DNA from: Thermoplasmata archaeon
Lineage (GTDB): Archaea > Thermoplasmatota > Penumbrarchaeia > JAEHCK01
DNA: 64,000 nt
NCBI GenBank assembly: GCA_020696345.1
Contig: JAEHCK010000002.1
Coordinates: 6,057 to 70,056, forward strand
Direction: 5' to 3'
This document shows, piece after piece, positions 19,398 through 30,250 of the stretch. A program made the position numbers and the translations under genes. Below the pieces are notes generated by a model. That model saw only the letters and a program-made list of their open reading frames with translations. It was not told where the DNA came from and made no database searches. Each line of letters opens with the position of its first letter. Positions within the stretch are counted from its first letter, which is position 1.

Positions 19398-20519
19398 ATG
19401 AACTTTGATCATGATATAATCATTGTTGGAGCAGGCCCTGCAGGGCTTAATGCAGGACATTATGCAGCAAAATCCGGCGCAAAAGTGTTAATTTTGGATA
19501 AAAAAGATGAGCTTGGAAGACCGGTACGATGTGCAGAAGCGATAATTGAAAGTATTATCAAGGATTCCAATATTGATCCAAAACCGGAATTTATTTCAAA
19601 TTACATAAATAATTTGATGTGTGTATCCTCCAAGGGTAAGATAATAACTGTAAAAACAAAACTAATGGGTTATGTACTGGATCGGGTCAAATTTGAGCAA
19701 TATCTTGGCCGTCGAGCAGAGAAGAATAACGCTGAAATTCAACTTAGGAGAACAGTAATTGGATTTAACAAGAACAAATTATTAATATCGAAAAATAATG
19801 GTAAATCACAGAAGGTTATTACAGGTAAGATAATCATTGCCGCAGATGGTGTGGAATCTCGAATTGCTCGCTGGGGCGGTATTGATACTACACTAAAAAT
19901 TAACGACATTGCGGTATGCTTTCAATATCATATGAAGGATATAGAGGTTGATGCACGTACAGTTGAATTTTATTGGGGACAGAAATATTCACCGCATGGT
20001 TATATCTGGATTTTTCCAAAATCGGAAAATTCGGCAAATGTTGGCATTGCTTCTATTGGGAAAAATAATTACAATCTAAAAATACTATTAAAAAAATTCT
20101 TAGCATCACGGTCGCCAAAAAGTAAGATCGTGTCTGAAAGTTTTGGATGTATACCTCAATGTATGCCGCCAAAACCAGTTGTGAAGAATAATCTAATTTT
20201 AATAGGTGATGCAGGCCGTGTGGCAATTCCAGTAACTGGTGCAGGTATAGGAAACGCTATGTTGACGGGCAAGTGGGCAGGAAATATCACCGGGGAAATA
20301 ATTACTAATAACTTAAATTTAAATGAGTTATACAAATATGAAAAATTGATGGATAAAATACGAAAAAAAATCAAGCGTGCAAATCTCTTAAAACAAAAAA
20401 TAATAAATGATGATAACATTTTCAACTTCTATTTTGCACTGCTTGCACCAATCCCATATATATACAAGTTGAGCCCAAAATTAGTTGAAAACTTCTTGTT
20501 GAAGAATATAAGATATTAA
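19398..20519 (+). CDS. Geranylgeranyl reductase family (DGGGPL reductase-like)
   Basis: GAGPAG, PVRCAEAI, LDRVKFE, AADGVES, PHGYIWIFPK, IGDA...PVTGAGIGNA. Confidence 0.9.
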   Translation: MNFDHDIIIVGAGPAGLNAGHYAAKSGAKVLILDKKDELGRPVRCAEAIIESIIKDSNIDPKPEFISNYINNLMCVSSKGKIITVKTKLMGYVLDRVKFEQYLGRRAEKNNAEIQLRRTVIGFNKNKLLISKNNGKSQKVITGKIIIAADGVESRIARWGGIDTTLKINDIAVCFQYHMKDIEVDARTVEFYWGQKYSPHGYIWIFPKSENSANVGIASIGKNNYNLKILLKKFLASRSPKSKIVSESFGCIPQCMPPKPVVKNNLILIGDAGRVAIPVTGAGIGNAMLTGKWAGNITGEIITNNLNLNELYKYEKLMDKIRKKIKRANLLKQKIINDDNIFNFYFALLAPIPYIYKLSPKLVENFLLKNIRY

Positions 20520-20672
20520 TATTAATAACTGAGTATATTTTAATATTTTAATGATAAAAATGTTGAATATGCCTTGATAATAATAAGTTGTTCTATATAT
20601 CGTTGGGATGGCGGGATGTTGTAAATGATACTGAGATATCGGGATGCATAAATGATTTAACGTAAATAAATC

Positions 20673-20790
20673 AAACATCCTAATAATAGATCGTAACGTC
20701 CAACATCCTAACAATTAATCGAAATGTAGAACATCCCAATAATAAATCGAAATATAGAACATTCTAGTAATTAATCGAAATGTAGAACTT
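20673..20790. repeat. 28-29-nt tandem repeat, 4 units, with an inverted gggatg arm upstream
   Basis: aacatcctaataataagatcgtaacgtcc / aacatcctaacaattaatcgaaatgtag / aacatcccaataataaatcgaaatatag / aacattctagtaattaatcgaaatgtag. Confidence 0.85.
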
Positions 20791-20794
20791 ACCA

Positions 20795-22147
20795 TCAATC
20801 AAACAACAACTTCTCTGCAACCTTCGCAACAGGTTCGATATACTTCTTATCAGTTGCTACCATCACTGCCCAATCGGGAATATTTCTCTGCTGTAACGCC
20901 TTGGCCAGCGGTGTATATTTTGACAATGGTTTGACTGTTTTATCCAAGATATTGATATCAGTTTGATGAATTCGCGGCTCTGAGACCTTCAGTTCTTTTA
21001 ACGGTATGTCGATTATCACATGGCCTTTCGGCACACCGGCTCGTGCAGCTATGGCATCTTCTAATGCCAGACGTTTATCGGGTGTTTCAAGTCTTAATAG
21101 CGCTTCACGTGTTGCATCATCCAAGTCGGTATGTTTCAGATGAAATGCGCGTTTGAACAGGTGCCGATATAGCAAAAATGTAATTAATTCGCCCTGAAGA
21201 CCGCCAAGCTTGATAAATTTATGTACAAGCTCGGCCTCGGAACAGACGAGGAACTCTCGCAACTGCTCGGCGCCTAAACGCTCCAGAGCACGTGATAACA
21301 TGAGTTCTGCGATCCGAACGGTCTTATGAAAATATACAGAGGAGTACATCAAAGTTCTTGCAACCAGCATGCCTTCCACGGCAGATAGGCCGTGTTTATT
21401 GATCACGAGGTCGTTATTAAAAACTTCGATCGTCTGTATAAGCCTGTCGATATCCAAAACACCATAAGCCACCCCGGTATAATGCGAATCCCTCAGCAGA
21501 TAGTCGATCTGATCTGCATCGATCGTGCTGTGGATAATTTGGTAAAGATACTTCTTTGTATTGAAGAATTGTTGATTATCATGTATTGGTAGATCTTCAG
21601 TTAGCTTGATCATGCCGTCAAACTCTCTCGATTCAGTGCAAATTAGATCTATCACTTTTGCAGGATCAATATTATGGTTTTCCAATATATCGGAAATACT
21701 TTTTCTTGGTATATGGTTCAGGACCTGCTTATGATCATCATCGAGGATCTCTTCCTCACCTAATATTATCATGCGTGTCAGATCAGTATGTGTCAAGCCC
21801 AACCGTGTGCTGAAAAGATATTCTAAGGTATGAGAGTACGGTCCGTGCCCTATATCATGTAACAATGCAGCGGCAGCCACTAACGATCGTTCATCTTCAT
21901 CAAGGTTCAGCGCGTTTGCCATGCGTGCGGCAACATGATAGGTGCCCAAGGAGTGTTCAAGACGTGTATGGTTTGCACCCGGGAAAACCAAATATGCCAG
22001 ACCAAGTTGGTGGATACTGTTCAGGCGCTGAAGCTCCGGGGTTTCCAATAATCTCAGGAATGGTTGTATCAATTTGATGGTGCCATGTACGGTGTCATGG
22101 ATGATCTTATATTCCACATCTGGTGTGCTATCACTTGAATGAGGCAT
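20795..22147 (-). CDS. HD-domain phosphohydrolase (SAMHD1/dNTPase-like)
   Basis: IHDTVHG, QRLNSIHQLG..VFPGANHTRLEHSLG, LLHDIGHGPYSH, DADQIDYLLRD, MYSSVYFHK. Confidence 0.92.
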   Translation of the reverse strand: MPHSSDSTPDVEYKIIHDTVHGTIKLIQPFLRLLETPELQRLNSIHQLGLAYLVFPGANHTRLEHSLGTYHVAARMANALNLDEDERSLVAAAALLHDIGHGPYSHTLEYLFSTRLGLTHTDLTRMIILGEEEILDDDHKQVLNHIPRKSISDILENHNIDPAKVIDLICTESREFDGMIKLTEDLPIHDNQQFFNTKKYLYQIIHSTIDADQIDYLLRDSHYTGVAYGVLDIDRLIQTIEVFNNDLVINKHGLSAVEGMLVARTLMYSSVYFHKTVRIAELMLSRALERLGAEQLREFLVCSEAELVHKFIKLGGLQGELITFLLYRHLFKRAFHLKHTDLDDATREALLRLETPDKRLALEDAIAARAGVPKGHVIIDIPLKELKVSEPRIHQTDINILDKTVKPLSKYTPLAKALQQRNIPDWAVMVATDKKYIEPVAKVAEKLLFD

Positions 22148-22370
22148 GTTCGATAGAATTAAGTTTGCGTATTAATTAGTATCGGTTCACTAAAATAAGA
22201 TAATGACTGTTGGGCTTTTTGAACCAAAGACAAAAAAATACAGGAACTTTAGAAATACGCACAAAACTATTGCCCAACAGTCATTGTGGGGGTATATTGG
22301 GGGAGGAGTATATTTAATCGTGAATTATCTGGTTGTCACCTCGTACTGGTCATTTTTAATTTATTCTCAA

Positions 22371-23534
22371 TTATCTAATAAGTTGGATGTCCCATCTATT
22401 CAAATTATTGTCATCGATACCTGGGTCGAATTTACTTTTTACTCTAGTCAGATTAAATTTTGAATTTTTATTAATACTTTTTACCGAGTCGTTGCTATCC
22501 AGCCCTGTTAAGATTGCAATTACCTTGACCCTATCGTGAAGGCATGGATCCAAACGCGCACCAATAATGACCTCCACTTTTTTATTAAGATCTTTTGTGA
22601 TGCCATTTGCGATCAATTCGGTGCTTTTCAATGTCAGGTTCGCGCCACTTGTAATATGTACCAACGCTCCGGTAACTTTTTTGAAATCGCAAGAGTATAG
22701 AGGATTATTGATAGTATTACGAATAATGGTTTCAGGATCTAATGTGGAGGCTTCCCCGTATAATATGGTGGCTGTACCTCCCGAATTCATAACCGACTTT
22801 AGATCTGCAAAATCAAGATTTATTAAAGATGGCTCGGTAATGGTCTCTGTTACACCGACTATTATTTCGGCGATCAACTGGTCTATCATGCCAAAGGCCT
22901 CGTTGATCGGTTTATTGCCCACATATTGCATCAATTTATTATTATCCAGAACGATCGTGCTGTTGGCAACCTGTCTAAGGTTTCGAACCCCGATCTTAGC
23001 CTTGGAACAGCGGTCGCGTTCGATGTTAAATGGTGTTGTTACTATTGCGATCACGATCGCACCTGCATCTTTTGCGATCTGAGCAAGAATTGGCGCTGAA
23101 CCCGTACCGGTGCCACCGCCCATACCGGCTATCACGAATAGAAGGTTCGTATCTTTTAATATACCTTCAAAGACCTTTCGCGAAACCTCCATACTGCGTC
23201 GTGCGATCTCCGGGTCGCCACCTGCGCCACGGCCTTGTGTTAGATTCTTGCCGATCAAGATCTTTTTATTAGTATTGGCCAGCTGAAGCGCCTGGAGATC
23301 TGTATTAACCGCGATGATCTCTGCACCATGAATGCCCATATTGTTCAATAAACTGACACTATTATTCCCGGCACCACCGGTACCTATCACCATGATCTTT
23401 GGACAACCGATCAATTGTTCTTCGGTGGTATCAATATCGGCGTCTGTATCTAAAATACCGGGGATCTCATCTTCTCTGTTAATCACCACAGCGGTTGAAT
23501 CTGCTTCCATAACAATACCTTCCATCATTAGCAT
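22371..23534 (-). CDS. ftsZ: Cell division protein FtsZ (FtsZ2-like)
   Basis: GTGGAGNN, AVNTD, GAGGDP, GMGGGTGTGSAP, INLDFAD; C-terminal WDIQLIR. Confidence 0.95.
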   Translation of the reverse strand: MLMMEGIVMEADSTAVVINREDEIPGILDTDADIDTTEEQLIGCPKIMVIGTGGAGNNSVSLLNNMGIHGAEIIAVNTDLQALQLANTNKKILIGKNLTQGRGAGGDPEIARRSMEVSRKVFEGILKDTNLLFVIAGMGGGTGTGSAPILAQIAKDAGAIVIAIVTTPFNIERDRCSKAKIGVRNLRQVANSTIVLDNNKLMQYVGNKPINEAFGMIDQLIAEIIVGVTETITEPSLINLDFADLKSVMNSGGTATILYGEASTLDPETIIRNTINNPLYSCDFKKVTGALVHITSGANLTLKSTELIANGITKDLNKKVEVIIGARLDPCLHDRVKVIAILTGLDSNDSVKSINKNSKFNLTRVKSKFDPGIDDNNLNRWDIQLIR

Positions 23535-23884
23535 TAAATTGATCTATTGTTCATATTTACCCAAAGTTCGATTATTTGATATTGATTACAATCCGAGAGA
23601 TTCATATTATGCCTCTGTTCCATTTTCTTTCTAAGAATATCAATGACATTATCATCGAACTTTATTTTTTCAAGCATATTCTTTTCCTCTTGTTCTCATG
23701 ACCGGCTAGCGTATTGAGTTAGGGGGTAGGGGACCAACCTGTGCTTGGCAGTATAGGATCGGCCCCCTGATTCTCACCGATTATCGTTTAAGTCCTCTTT
23801 GAGTGCATCCCATTATTCTCATAACGCATCCCTGGCCCTCTAGCAAGGCTATATTAGCAAATAAATGAACATTGAACTTGATAG

Positions 23885-24307
23885 TTATTTATTATACATA
23901 TCATTAACAGCTTTTTTTTCTGCCAGTTCGTTTTGGTAATCGAACCGTGCAACCTTCAGTTGTTTCCATTTAGATAAATAGAAATCTTCCATCGAAGTCA
24001 GAAACCGATCCAATGACAGATGGATCGCGTTCTCAACATTTAACACATCTCCGGTGGAGACAAAATCCAATAATCTATTAACTGTATTACTAGGAAGATG
24101 GATGACGACCTTTTGCGAAGTAGGATCCTTAATATTTTCAGAAATGAAGTTCTCCAAGGCCAATCTAATGACCTGTGAACGGGATTTGATATCATGACTA
24201 AGTATGATCGAATCGATATCTTCCACTTGATCGGGGGTAAGCCGAATTGTGACCTTTTCAGTATTTAAACCCAAAGGATAACGCCCTCCGAAGATATTAT
24301 ATATCAA
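23885..24307 (-). CDS. Ribbon-helix-helix (CopG/CdrS-like) regulator
   Basis: EKVTIRLT..QVEDID....SRSQVIRLALENF, plus a second RHH-like unit KVVIHLPSN; upstream of ftsZ. True start is probably the later TTG (LGLNTEK). Confidence 0.8.
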   Translation of the reverse strand: MIYNIFGGRYPLGLNTEKVTIRLTPDQVEDIDSIILSHDIKSRSQVIRLALENFISENIKDPTSQKVVIHLPSNTVNRLLDFVSTGDVLNVENAIHLSLDRFLTSMEDFYLSKWKQLKVARFDYQNELAEKKAVNDMYNK

Positions 24308-24549
24308 GAACGGTCAAAGATGATATTATTGCCAGACAATGATTAGCCATCATTATTATTAATGTCGGTCAAATGTAAGGCAAGTTTGCATATACTTACA
24401 TCTTATTTAAAACCTTCTTATACAAAACTGCGTTGCATAAGGGTGATAGAACAACTGTTGTATGGCAGGTGACAAATGAGTTAGTTACACATTCCCCGAT
24501 CATTTATTTACTGCATTTTTGTGTTTTGATTTGGATATATGATGTTGAA

Positions 24550-24630
24550 CAGTAGTCGAGATGAATTAATAACGAATCGTGGTCGAGCTGAATTTAAACT
24601 GGATCGTAATCGAGCTGAGTTGATTCCAGG
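24550..24630. repeat. 27-nt tandem repeat, 3 units
   Basis: Core gt(a/g)(g/a)tcgag(a/c)tga recurs every 27 nt; inverted ctcgactac near 24726-24734. Confidence 0.65.
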
Positions 24631-24896
24631 ATTTGTCTTTAAAACTAGGTTTCAATTAATCAATAATCGATCAAGGCATCTGCCAATCAATAAAAAATCA
24701 AGACTACATCTCTACAATAACTTTGCTCGACTACAAAATAACAGTATGATATATTGAAATAATAAAACGCAAAACTTCATTTAACTTAATTAGATTAGAA
24801 ATATATCGAAAAATATATCTAAGTATCGTGATCTTTTGGAATGGCGCAATTGTTTGCTTTGTCGGTGAGTTGATAGTATAAAATGATGGTCTCTAT

Positions 24897-25430
24897 CTAG
24901 AAACCATCATTATCTGTATCCGGATCGTTCGGATCGGTTGCACCGTTCTCTACGCTGTCCACCAAGTGGTCATTATCGCTGTCCCAATCATACTGATCGG
25001 TACCTTTTGCTGGTTCGTCGCCATCGAAAATGAAATCGTTGTCAGTATCTACTTCAGCTTCGGACTCTGATTCGCTTTCGCTCTCCGATTCGCTTTCAGA
25101 CTCGCTCTCTGATTCACTTTCGGATTCGCTCTCTGATTCGCTTTCAGACTCGCTCTCCGATTCAGACTCGCTCTCTGATTCAGACTCACTTTCGGACTCG
25201 GCCTCAGATTCGGATTCGCTCTCTGATTCGGATTCGCTCTCTGAACCTTCTGCCTCGGCCTCGTTTTCGTTCTCACCTTCGCCTTCACTCCCCGGGGGTT
25301 TTTCGCCTCCATCGGCGCCACCCGGAGTGGTTCCGCCCAGAACAGGTCCGACAAAACTCCAGCCGATCAACAATACCATTGCGGCAAGTGTGATTAACAA
25401 TATTACAGACATTGTCGACTCTTTTTTCAT
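24897..25430 (-). CDS. Secreted/membrane protein with a long Ser-Glu dipeptide tract and DxDxD calcium-binding-type repeats, possibly truncated
   Basis: Signal/TM N-terminus, ~30 (ES) dipeptides, DTDNDFIFD, DSDNDHLVD; ends at DTDNDGF-TAG. Confidence 0.7.
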   Translation of the reverse strand: MKKESTMSVILLITLAAMVLLIGWSFVGPVLGGTTPGGADGGEKPPGSEGEGENENEAEAEGSESESESESESESEAESESESESESESESESESESESESESESESESESESESESESESESEAEVDTDNDFIFDGDEPAKGTDQYDWDSDNDHLVDSVENGATDPNDPDTDNDGF

Positions 25431-25537
25431 TTCAATTCCTTCTATTATTTTCCTAATTGTAGTTAGTTATATATAAACTTTACATATTATTTATTGATTT
25501 ATTGGTATATAATGACATATATCACGACATTAAACAT

Positions 25538-28500
25538 TTACTTTTTTGGTTCGATCTTCTGAGCGGTAGGTGGAGCTGTAGGTGGCGTTGTGGGTTTTGC
25601 CGGAGCGGCAGCTGCGCTACCACCGGGCGGTAGCTGTGGTTGTTTTGGTGTTCCCTCTATTGCACTCGTCTCTGGTGTTTCCGGCGGTAAAGCTTGACCT
25701 CCACTGACGGGTCCACTTTCTAACGAGGATACACCCTTACGGTCCAAATCATCACCGAAATAGCTTGCATCATCCTCAACTTCATATGCCTCGCCAGGTT
25801 TCAAACCCTTGTCTTTTCCATATAAGCTCTCGCGCTCGGTTTTGGGTTTACGCTTACGCAGGATAACCAATACTGCAATTATCACAACGATAATGATAAT
25901 GATTATAAATATGCCGATCGCAATTGTAGCTGTACTTTCCTGACTCGTCGATTTTTCTCCATCGTCCTCTGCGTGTTTTACTTTGAATCTGATGGTATCT
26001 ACAATGCCGGGTGCACCATTTGGCCCAATTCCACCATCTTGTACAAATAGTGTGAGGTTGTATGTTCCTTGTGAAAATGTATGTTCAAATTTCAATTTCT
26101 CATCGCCGCCTGAATCTAATAGTTTATCCTCTTCAGTCCCCTGAGCTAACTTGGTGATATTTTTCGGGTCATCAAGGTCAAGATACCATTTGACTGTGAT
26201 CTCATCGCCATCAGGATCCAGTGGGTAAGGCTGTGTTGTATAGATATTCAAGGATTTATCGGCGAAATACTCGCCATTTTTAGTTGGATTCTCGATATCA
26301 ATGTCGGGTAAACTATTTTGGATCACTACCGATGTTTTGCCAATAGGGCCAAATTCAATACCGTCAAATGGCGTTATCTCAACCGTCCAGACATCTCCTC
26401 GTGTGGTAACATCTGCCGGAATGGTTCTGATATCCTCGAATCGATCTTGGGTGTTATCATTCATAAGCCAGCGATATGTAAATGTGAGATGGTCTCCATC
26501 CAGATCAACCTTTTGTGCAGGTTCAAGACATTCTAGCGGTGTTTTGGATGTTGGCATGCTGGGTACGATAATAACTTCCGGCACTTCAGGTATATTATTA
26601 ACCACGGTGAATGTTATATTTTTAAATCCGGAGCGTGTGCCTTTACCCAATGCGAATACTTCAGCGTAATAGGTCGTACCATATTGTAATGTTGTACTTA
26701 GGTTCTCATCTAAAATTTCAATACTTTTTCTTGAGATCTCTTCAGCTTCAAATATTTTCCTACCAGAACGATTATGTCCTTCCCAGACCGAAATTGTAAA
26801 TTGATAATCATTAGAGATATGCATCCAACTCAATTCTGGTTTTATACTATGCGTTTCCCATTCATCAGGAATTATCGATTTGCCGGACTCGACCTTGAAA
26901 TCATACGGCGGATCGAGTATCGACCTAATTAACGAGCGATCACTACAATCCAATACTTCTTGATTGAAACCATCATCGATCACACCCACTATATAATAGT
27001 GGACGCCATATGTTAAATGAGTAATATCCCAAATGAATTGCCCCTTCGAACCGTCGTCATTTGCATATATGTAATCATTTTGATTTCTTTGGCCGTCGCC
27101 GTTAATATCTATTTGTATGGAATTCGCGTTTTCTGAAAGATTATTTACGAACGAGTTAGAATGGTATAAATATATCTTTGCGCCATCATCCAGGGCAGCT
27201 TCCGTACCCGAGTCCTCCCATTCTATTGAGAATAAAACATGACCGATATATTTAGTACTCCTTGGTGCGGTAATTCGTATATTCGGCGGTTCCGGTTTTT
27301 TCCAAAGTATATCGAGCGATCCGGGAGCATAACTGTATATTGTACTGACGCCATCTGTAATTACTCCGAAAATGGAATATTCCTCATCCGGCAGCTCATC
27401 TTCATCAAAGACCCAGGTATAACTATTGGGTGAATCATCCTCTTTGATGGTATCGGTAATTAATGTTCCGCTATATTTTTTGAATTTACCTTGATGATAA
27501 TATAAGGAGATATCTGCATTATCGTCTACGTCCGAATCATCCCAGGTTATCGTGTACTCGCCGGTAACATCGTCAAGTGTTAGCCCGGTATCCTTATCGG
27601 GATTCAGGAGTTTCAGGGTTGGTACTTGATTATACTCAAGAAAGATATCATGAATTTTTACCCGGCCTTCGGTGGGGCATTGGACCTCGAGTTTAATGGG
27701 GATATCTCCGTTTTCATCAACTTTATCCTGATGCTCTTTGATATAATTATTTAATTTTTGGCGGAATGGATTTGATGTCACCTCGGGTGATACTGTCTCA
27801 CCGTCTCCTACATTTAATGTACAGTTGTACCAGATGTTCAGATCATCAAACCGGATCCGGCCAGGTTCGCCGATCTTAACATCAAGGTTGAACTTGACCA
27901 TTTCATTACCAAAATCGTCTAACCATAAGTTGTTTGCAACAAATTGCTCGTCATCCAATAGCTCTCTGATCGTATCTTTGAATGAACTGACAAGCTTGGT
28001 GGATGGATTGCTTTTTGTTAGATCTTTCTCCGCCATTAACCATTTTGTATTTGCTGCATCTTCTTTGATCCCTATTCTCGTGGTAATTGGCATGTCTGAT
28101 GGTATCATGGACCTGATCACAACATCCGCATCGGTGCCGTCTGTCCAGCCTTTGCCGCTGTTGCGTGTACACCAGACAACATAAAACTTATTATTGAATA
28201 CTATTGAGTTTGCATAGAAATCATCACGGCCAACACCATCACCGTCAAAGGGCGAGACGTCCTGGCGCACACTCCATTCATTACCATCCCAGTGACGAGT
28301 TACAATATCACCATCCGGGTTATCTGCCCAGCGCTCGCCTTGTTCGCGACGCCAGACCACATAGAGTTTGTTATTGAATATTGTGAGTTCTGGTTTGTTA
28401 TCGTAACCGCCATTTGTTTCGGGATCTGTTAACTCGACGGGGTCGGTCCAATTGATGCCATCCTCGGTATAACGGATCACGATATCGTAATCAGTGCCAT

Positions 28501-30115
28501 TGGTGATATTTGTATTTCGCGTTCGCCAGATACAATACAACCTGTTCTTACTTGTCACCGGGTCGGTATAAGATATCAATCGCGGATCTTCATCGGGTAT
28601 GGAGGCTTGTTGGCCTTTGGCACCGTCGGGTGTGTCACCTTTAGGTGTCATCTCGATGAAATCACTCCAATTCTCGCCATCTTTTGAATATCTGTAAACT
28701 AGGTCCCAATCATATTTGGTCTCAACATCTACTCGCTTTGTCCAATTGCCTGATTCATTCACATATCTCGGACCATTGGTTTCCCACATGGCAAATAGTG
28801 TGTTGTTCCAAACGGTCAGCGATGGTGCAAAATCCATATCCCACCATCTATCCCCAGCGGTCAGGTCAAAACCGTTTGACCAATCACCGTCATCACCTGT
28901 ATCACTGCTGGAGATGATGATATCTCCGCGGTTGCTCCAGTGCCACCAACTAACATTCCATTCATAATTATTATGCGTCGTATTCCCAGTGTTATTTGAC
29001 ATCCAGATACAGTATATTTTATTTTTGAACTCCACCGCATTTGGTCTTTGGTCGGTTATCGCCCAGGGACGGATCTCTGTGTCACTGATATCGCTGTCGT
29101 TATTTTTCGTATAATTTTCCTCATTTGCATTGTTGGTAGGATGTGTTATCTCTACATAAGGATCCCAGCCTGAACTTGGATCATACCACCGGGCAACTAT
29201 ATCACGATCCGTACCGTTTGTAAGACCGCCAGACCAGGTAACGCCATCAAAATTTGGGTAATTATAAAAGCTCATTGAGCCCCAGAATACGCCCATGCGA
29301 CCATCGAATTCAACAACATATGGATGGAAATCGCCGGCTAAGTGTGTTAATCCAGCTGAAGAGGGATATGGCACACAGGTGTCTGGTGACGGGGTAAGCT
29401 CCATTGATTTCTGCAGCCAATTCACACCATCGGTGGTATAATTATATGAAATATCTGCATCTGATTCGCTGGTTTGTGTACTGTTATAATCTCGATAGAA
29501 CACCCATAACCTGTTCTGGAACACGAATGGCATGGGATCCTGGTTCCAAGTTGCGTAATCTGGCAAGTTCAACTCGGTAATGCCTGGTTCCCAATGATCA
29601 TATTCATAAGCCGTAATTTTAGTAGATGCACTGCTCACATCTGCATCTACAGGTAAAAGGAACGATAATGTGTCATTGTACCCATCACTATCATAAGTGA
29701 GGTTCACACGTACTTGACTATTAGAGAAATATCTCTGGTTGCCAAACGCACCATGACCCGTGCCCTGGTAGGCCCAATCGATCGGTAAAACTTCACCTAA
29801 TTTCATCTCGATATTTTCTGGATACACACCATTATCATTCGCCAAGGTGGTGAAATTTACTGTCATCTTTGTAACATTTGCATCTGCGGGTATCTTTAAA
29901 TATTTCACACCTGTACCGGGGAAATCAATAATCATATCGGCCGAGCCATCGGAAAACTTTGAAACGACTTTTCCCTCTGATTGTGGCATAAATAAAAACA
30001 TATTCGTAAATGCTGACAAGACAAACACTAACAACAATATTACTGTAAAAATTTTGGACCGAGTCTTCATGGGATCACCCATAATTTGGCTTTTAAATTG
30101 ATAATAAACAACCAC
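25538..30115 (-). CDS. Large type I membrane surface protein (beta-propeller-like repeats, Ig/FN3-like domains, TM, Pro-rich tail)
   Basis: Signal peptide. Repeated P....F.N.LY..W...DGDI.....DG.NW units. TM IAIGIFIIIIIIVVIIAVLVILRKRK. Likely start is MKTRSKIF. Confidence 0.85.
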   Translation of the reverse strand: MVVYYQFKSQIMGDPMKTRSKIFTVILLLVFVLSAFTNMFLFMPQSEGKVVSKFSDGSADMIIDFPGTGVKYLKIPADANVTKMTVNFTTLANDNGVYPENIEMKLGEVLPIDWAYQGTGHGAFGNQRYFSNSQVRVNLTYDSDGYNDTLSFLLPVDADVSSASTKITAYEYDHWEPGITELNLPDYATWNQDPMPFVFQNRLWVFYRDYNSTQTSESDADISYNYTTDGVNWLQKSMELTPSPDTCVPYPSSAGLTHLAGDFHPYVVEFDGRMGVFWGSMSFYNYPNFDGVTWSGGLTNGTDRDIVARWYDPSSGWDPYVEITHPTNNANEENYTKNNDSDISDTEIRPWAITDQRPNAVEFKNKIYCIWMSNNTGNTTHNNYEWNVSWWHWSNRGDIIISSSDTGDDGDWSNGFDLTAGDRWWDMDFAPSLTVWNNTLFAMWETNGPRYVNESGNWTKRVDVETKYDWDLVYRYSKDGENWSDFIEMTPKGDTPDGAKGQQASIPDEDPRLISYTDPVTSKNRLYCIWRTRNTNITNGTDYDIVIRYTEDGINWTDPVELTDPETNGGYDNKPELTIFNNKLYVVWRREQGERWADNPDGDIVTRHWDGNEWSVRQDVSPFDGDGVGRDDFYANSIVFNNKFYVVWCTRNSGKGWTDGTDADVVIRSMIPSDMPITTRIGIKEDAANTKWLMAEKDLTKSNPSTKLVSSFKDTIRELLDDEQFVANNLWLDDFGNEMVKFNLDVKIGEPGRIRFDDLNIWYNCTLNVGDGETVSPEVTSNPFRQKLNNYIKEHQDKVDENGDIPIKLEVQCPTEGRVKIHDIFLEYNQVPTLKLLNPDKDTGLTLDDVTGEYTITWDDSDVDDNADISLYYHQGKFKKYSGTLITDTIKEDDSPNSYTWVFDEDELPDEEYSIFGVITDGVSTIYSYAPGSLDILWKKPEPPNIRITAPRSTKYIGHVLFSIEWEDSGTEAALDDGAKIYLYHSNSFVNNLSENANSIQIDINGDGQRNQNDYIYANDDGSKGQFIWDITHLTYGVHYYIVGVIDDGFNQEVLDCSDRSLIRSILDPPYDFKVESGKSIIPDEWETHSIKPELSWMHISNDYQFTISVWEGHNRSGRKIFEAEEISRKSIEILDENLSTTLQYGTTYYAEVFALGKGTRSGFKNITFTVVNNIPEVPEVIIVPSMPTSKTPLECLEPAQKVDLDGDHLTFTYRWLMNDNTQDRFEDIRTIPADVTTRGDVWTVEITPFDGIEFGPIGKTSVVIQNSLPDIDIENPTKNGEYFADKSLNIYTTQPYPLDPDGDEITVKWYLDLDDPKNITKLAQGTEEDKLLDSGGDEKLKFEHTFSQGTYNLTLFVQDGGIGPNGAPGIVDTIRFKVKHAEDDGEKSTSQESTATIAIGIFIIIIIIVVIIAVLVILRKRKPKTERESLYGKDKGLKPGEAYEVEDDASYFGDDLDRKGVSSLESGPVSGGQALPPETPETSAIEGTPKQPQLPPGGSAAAAPAKPTTPPTAPPTAQKIEPKK

Positions 30116-30250
30116 TTAATATAGTTTGTGCATTCATATAATTATTTTAAAGTGATGGTTCATTAAATTTCTATTACACTTTTCTCCTTATTTATATGTA
30201 GTGTATTCATGTGCTAAATTGTAACATTATGTCATTTTTCATGTCATGTT

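Noticed and set aside
20673-20790. CRISPR array (also considered for 46332-46453 and 13132-13234)
   Set aside because: Period is only 27-29 nt, there are no unique 30-40 nt spacers, repeats are degenerate and no cas genes are present.
24810-24899. Pyrrolysine or other readthrough of the TAG after DTDNDGF
   Set aside because: The downstream frame does not continue the repeat, stops again after ~25 codons, and no pyl genes are visible.
25030-25476. SD-repeat ORF on + (likewise the PLVRPL ORF at 31626..31982 on -)
   Set aside because: Antisense shadows of repeat-containing genes on the other strand.
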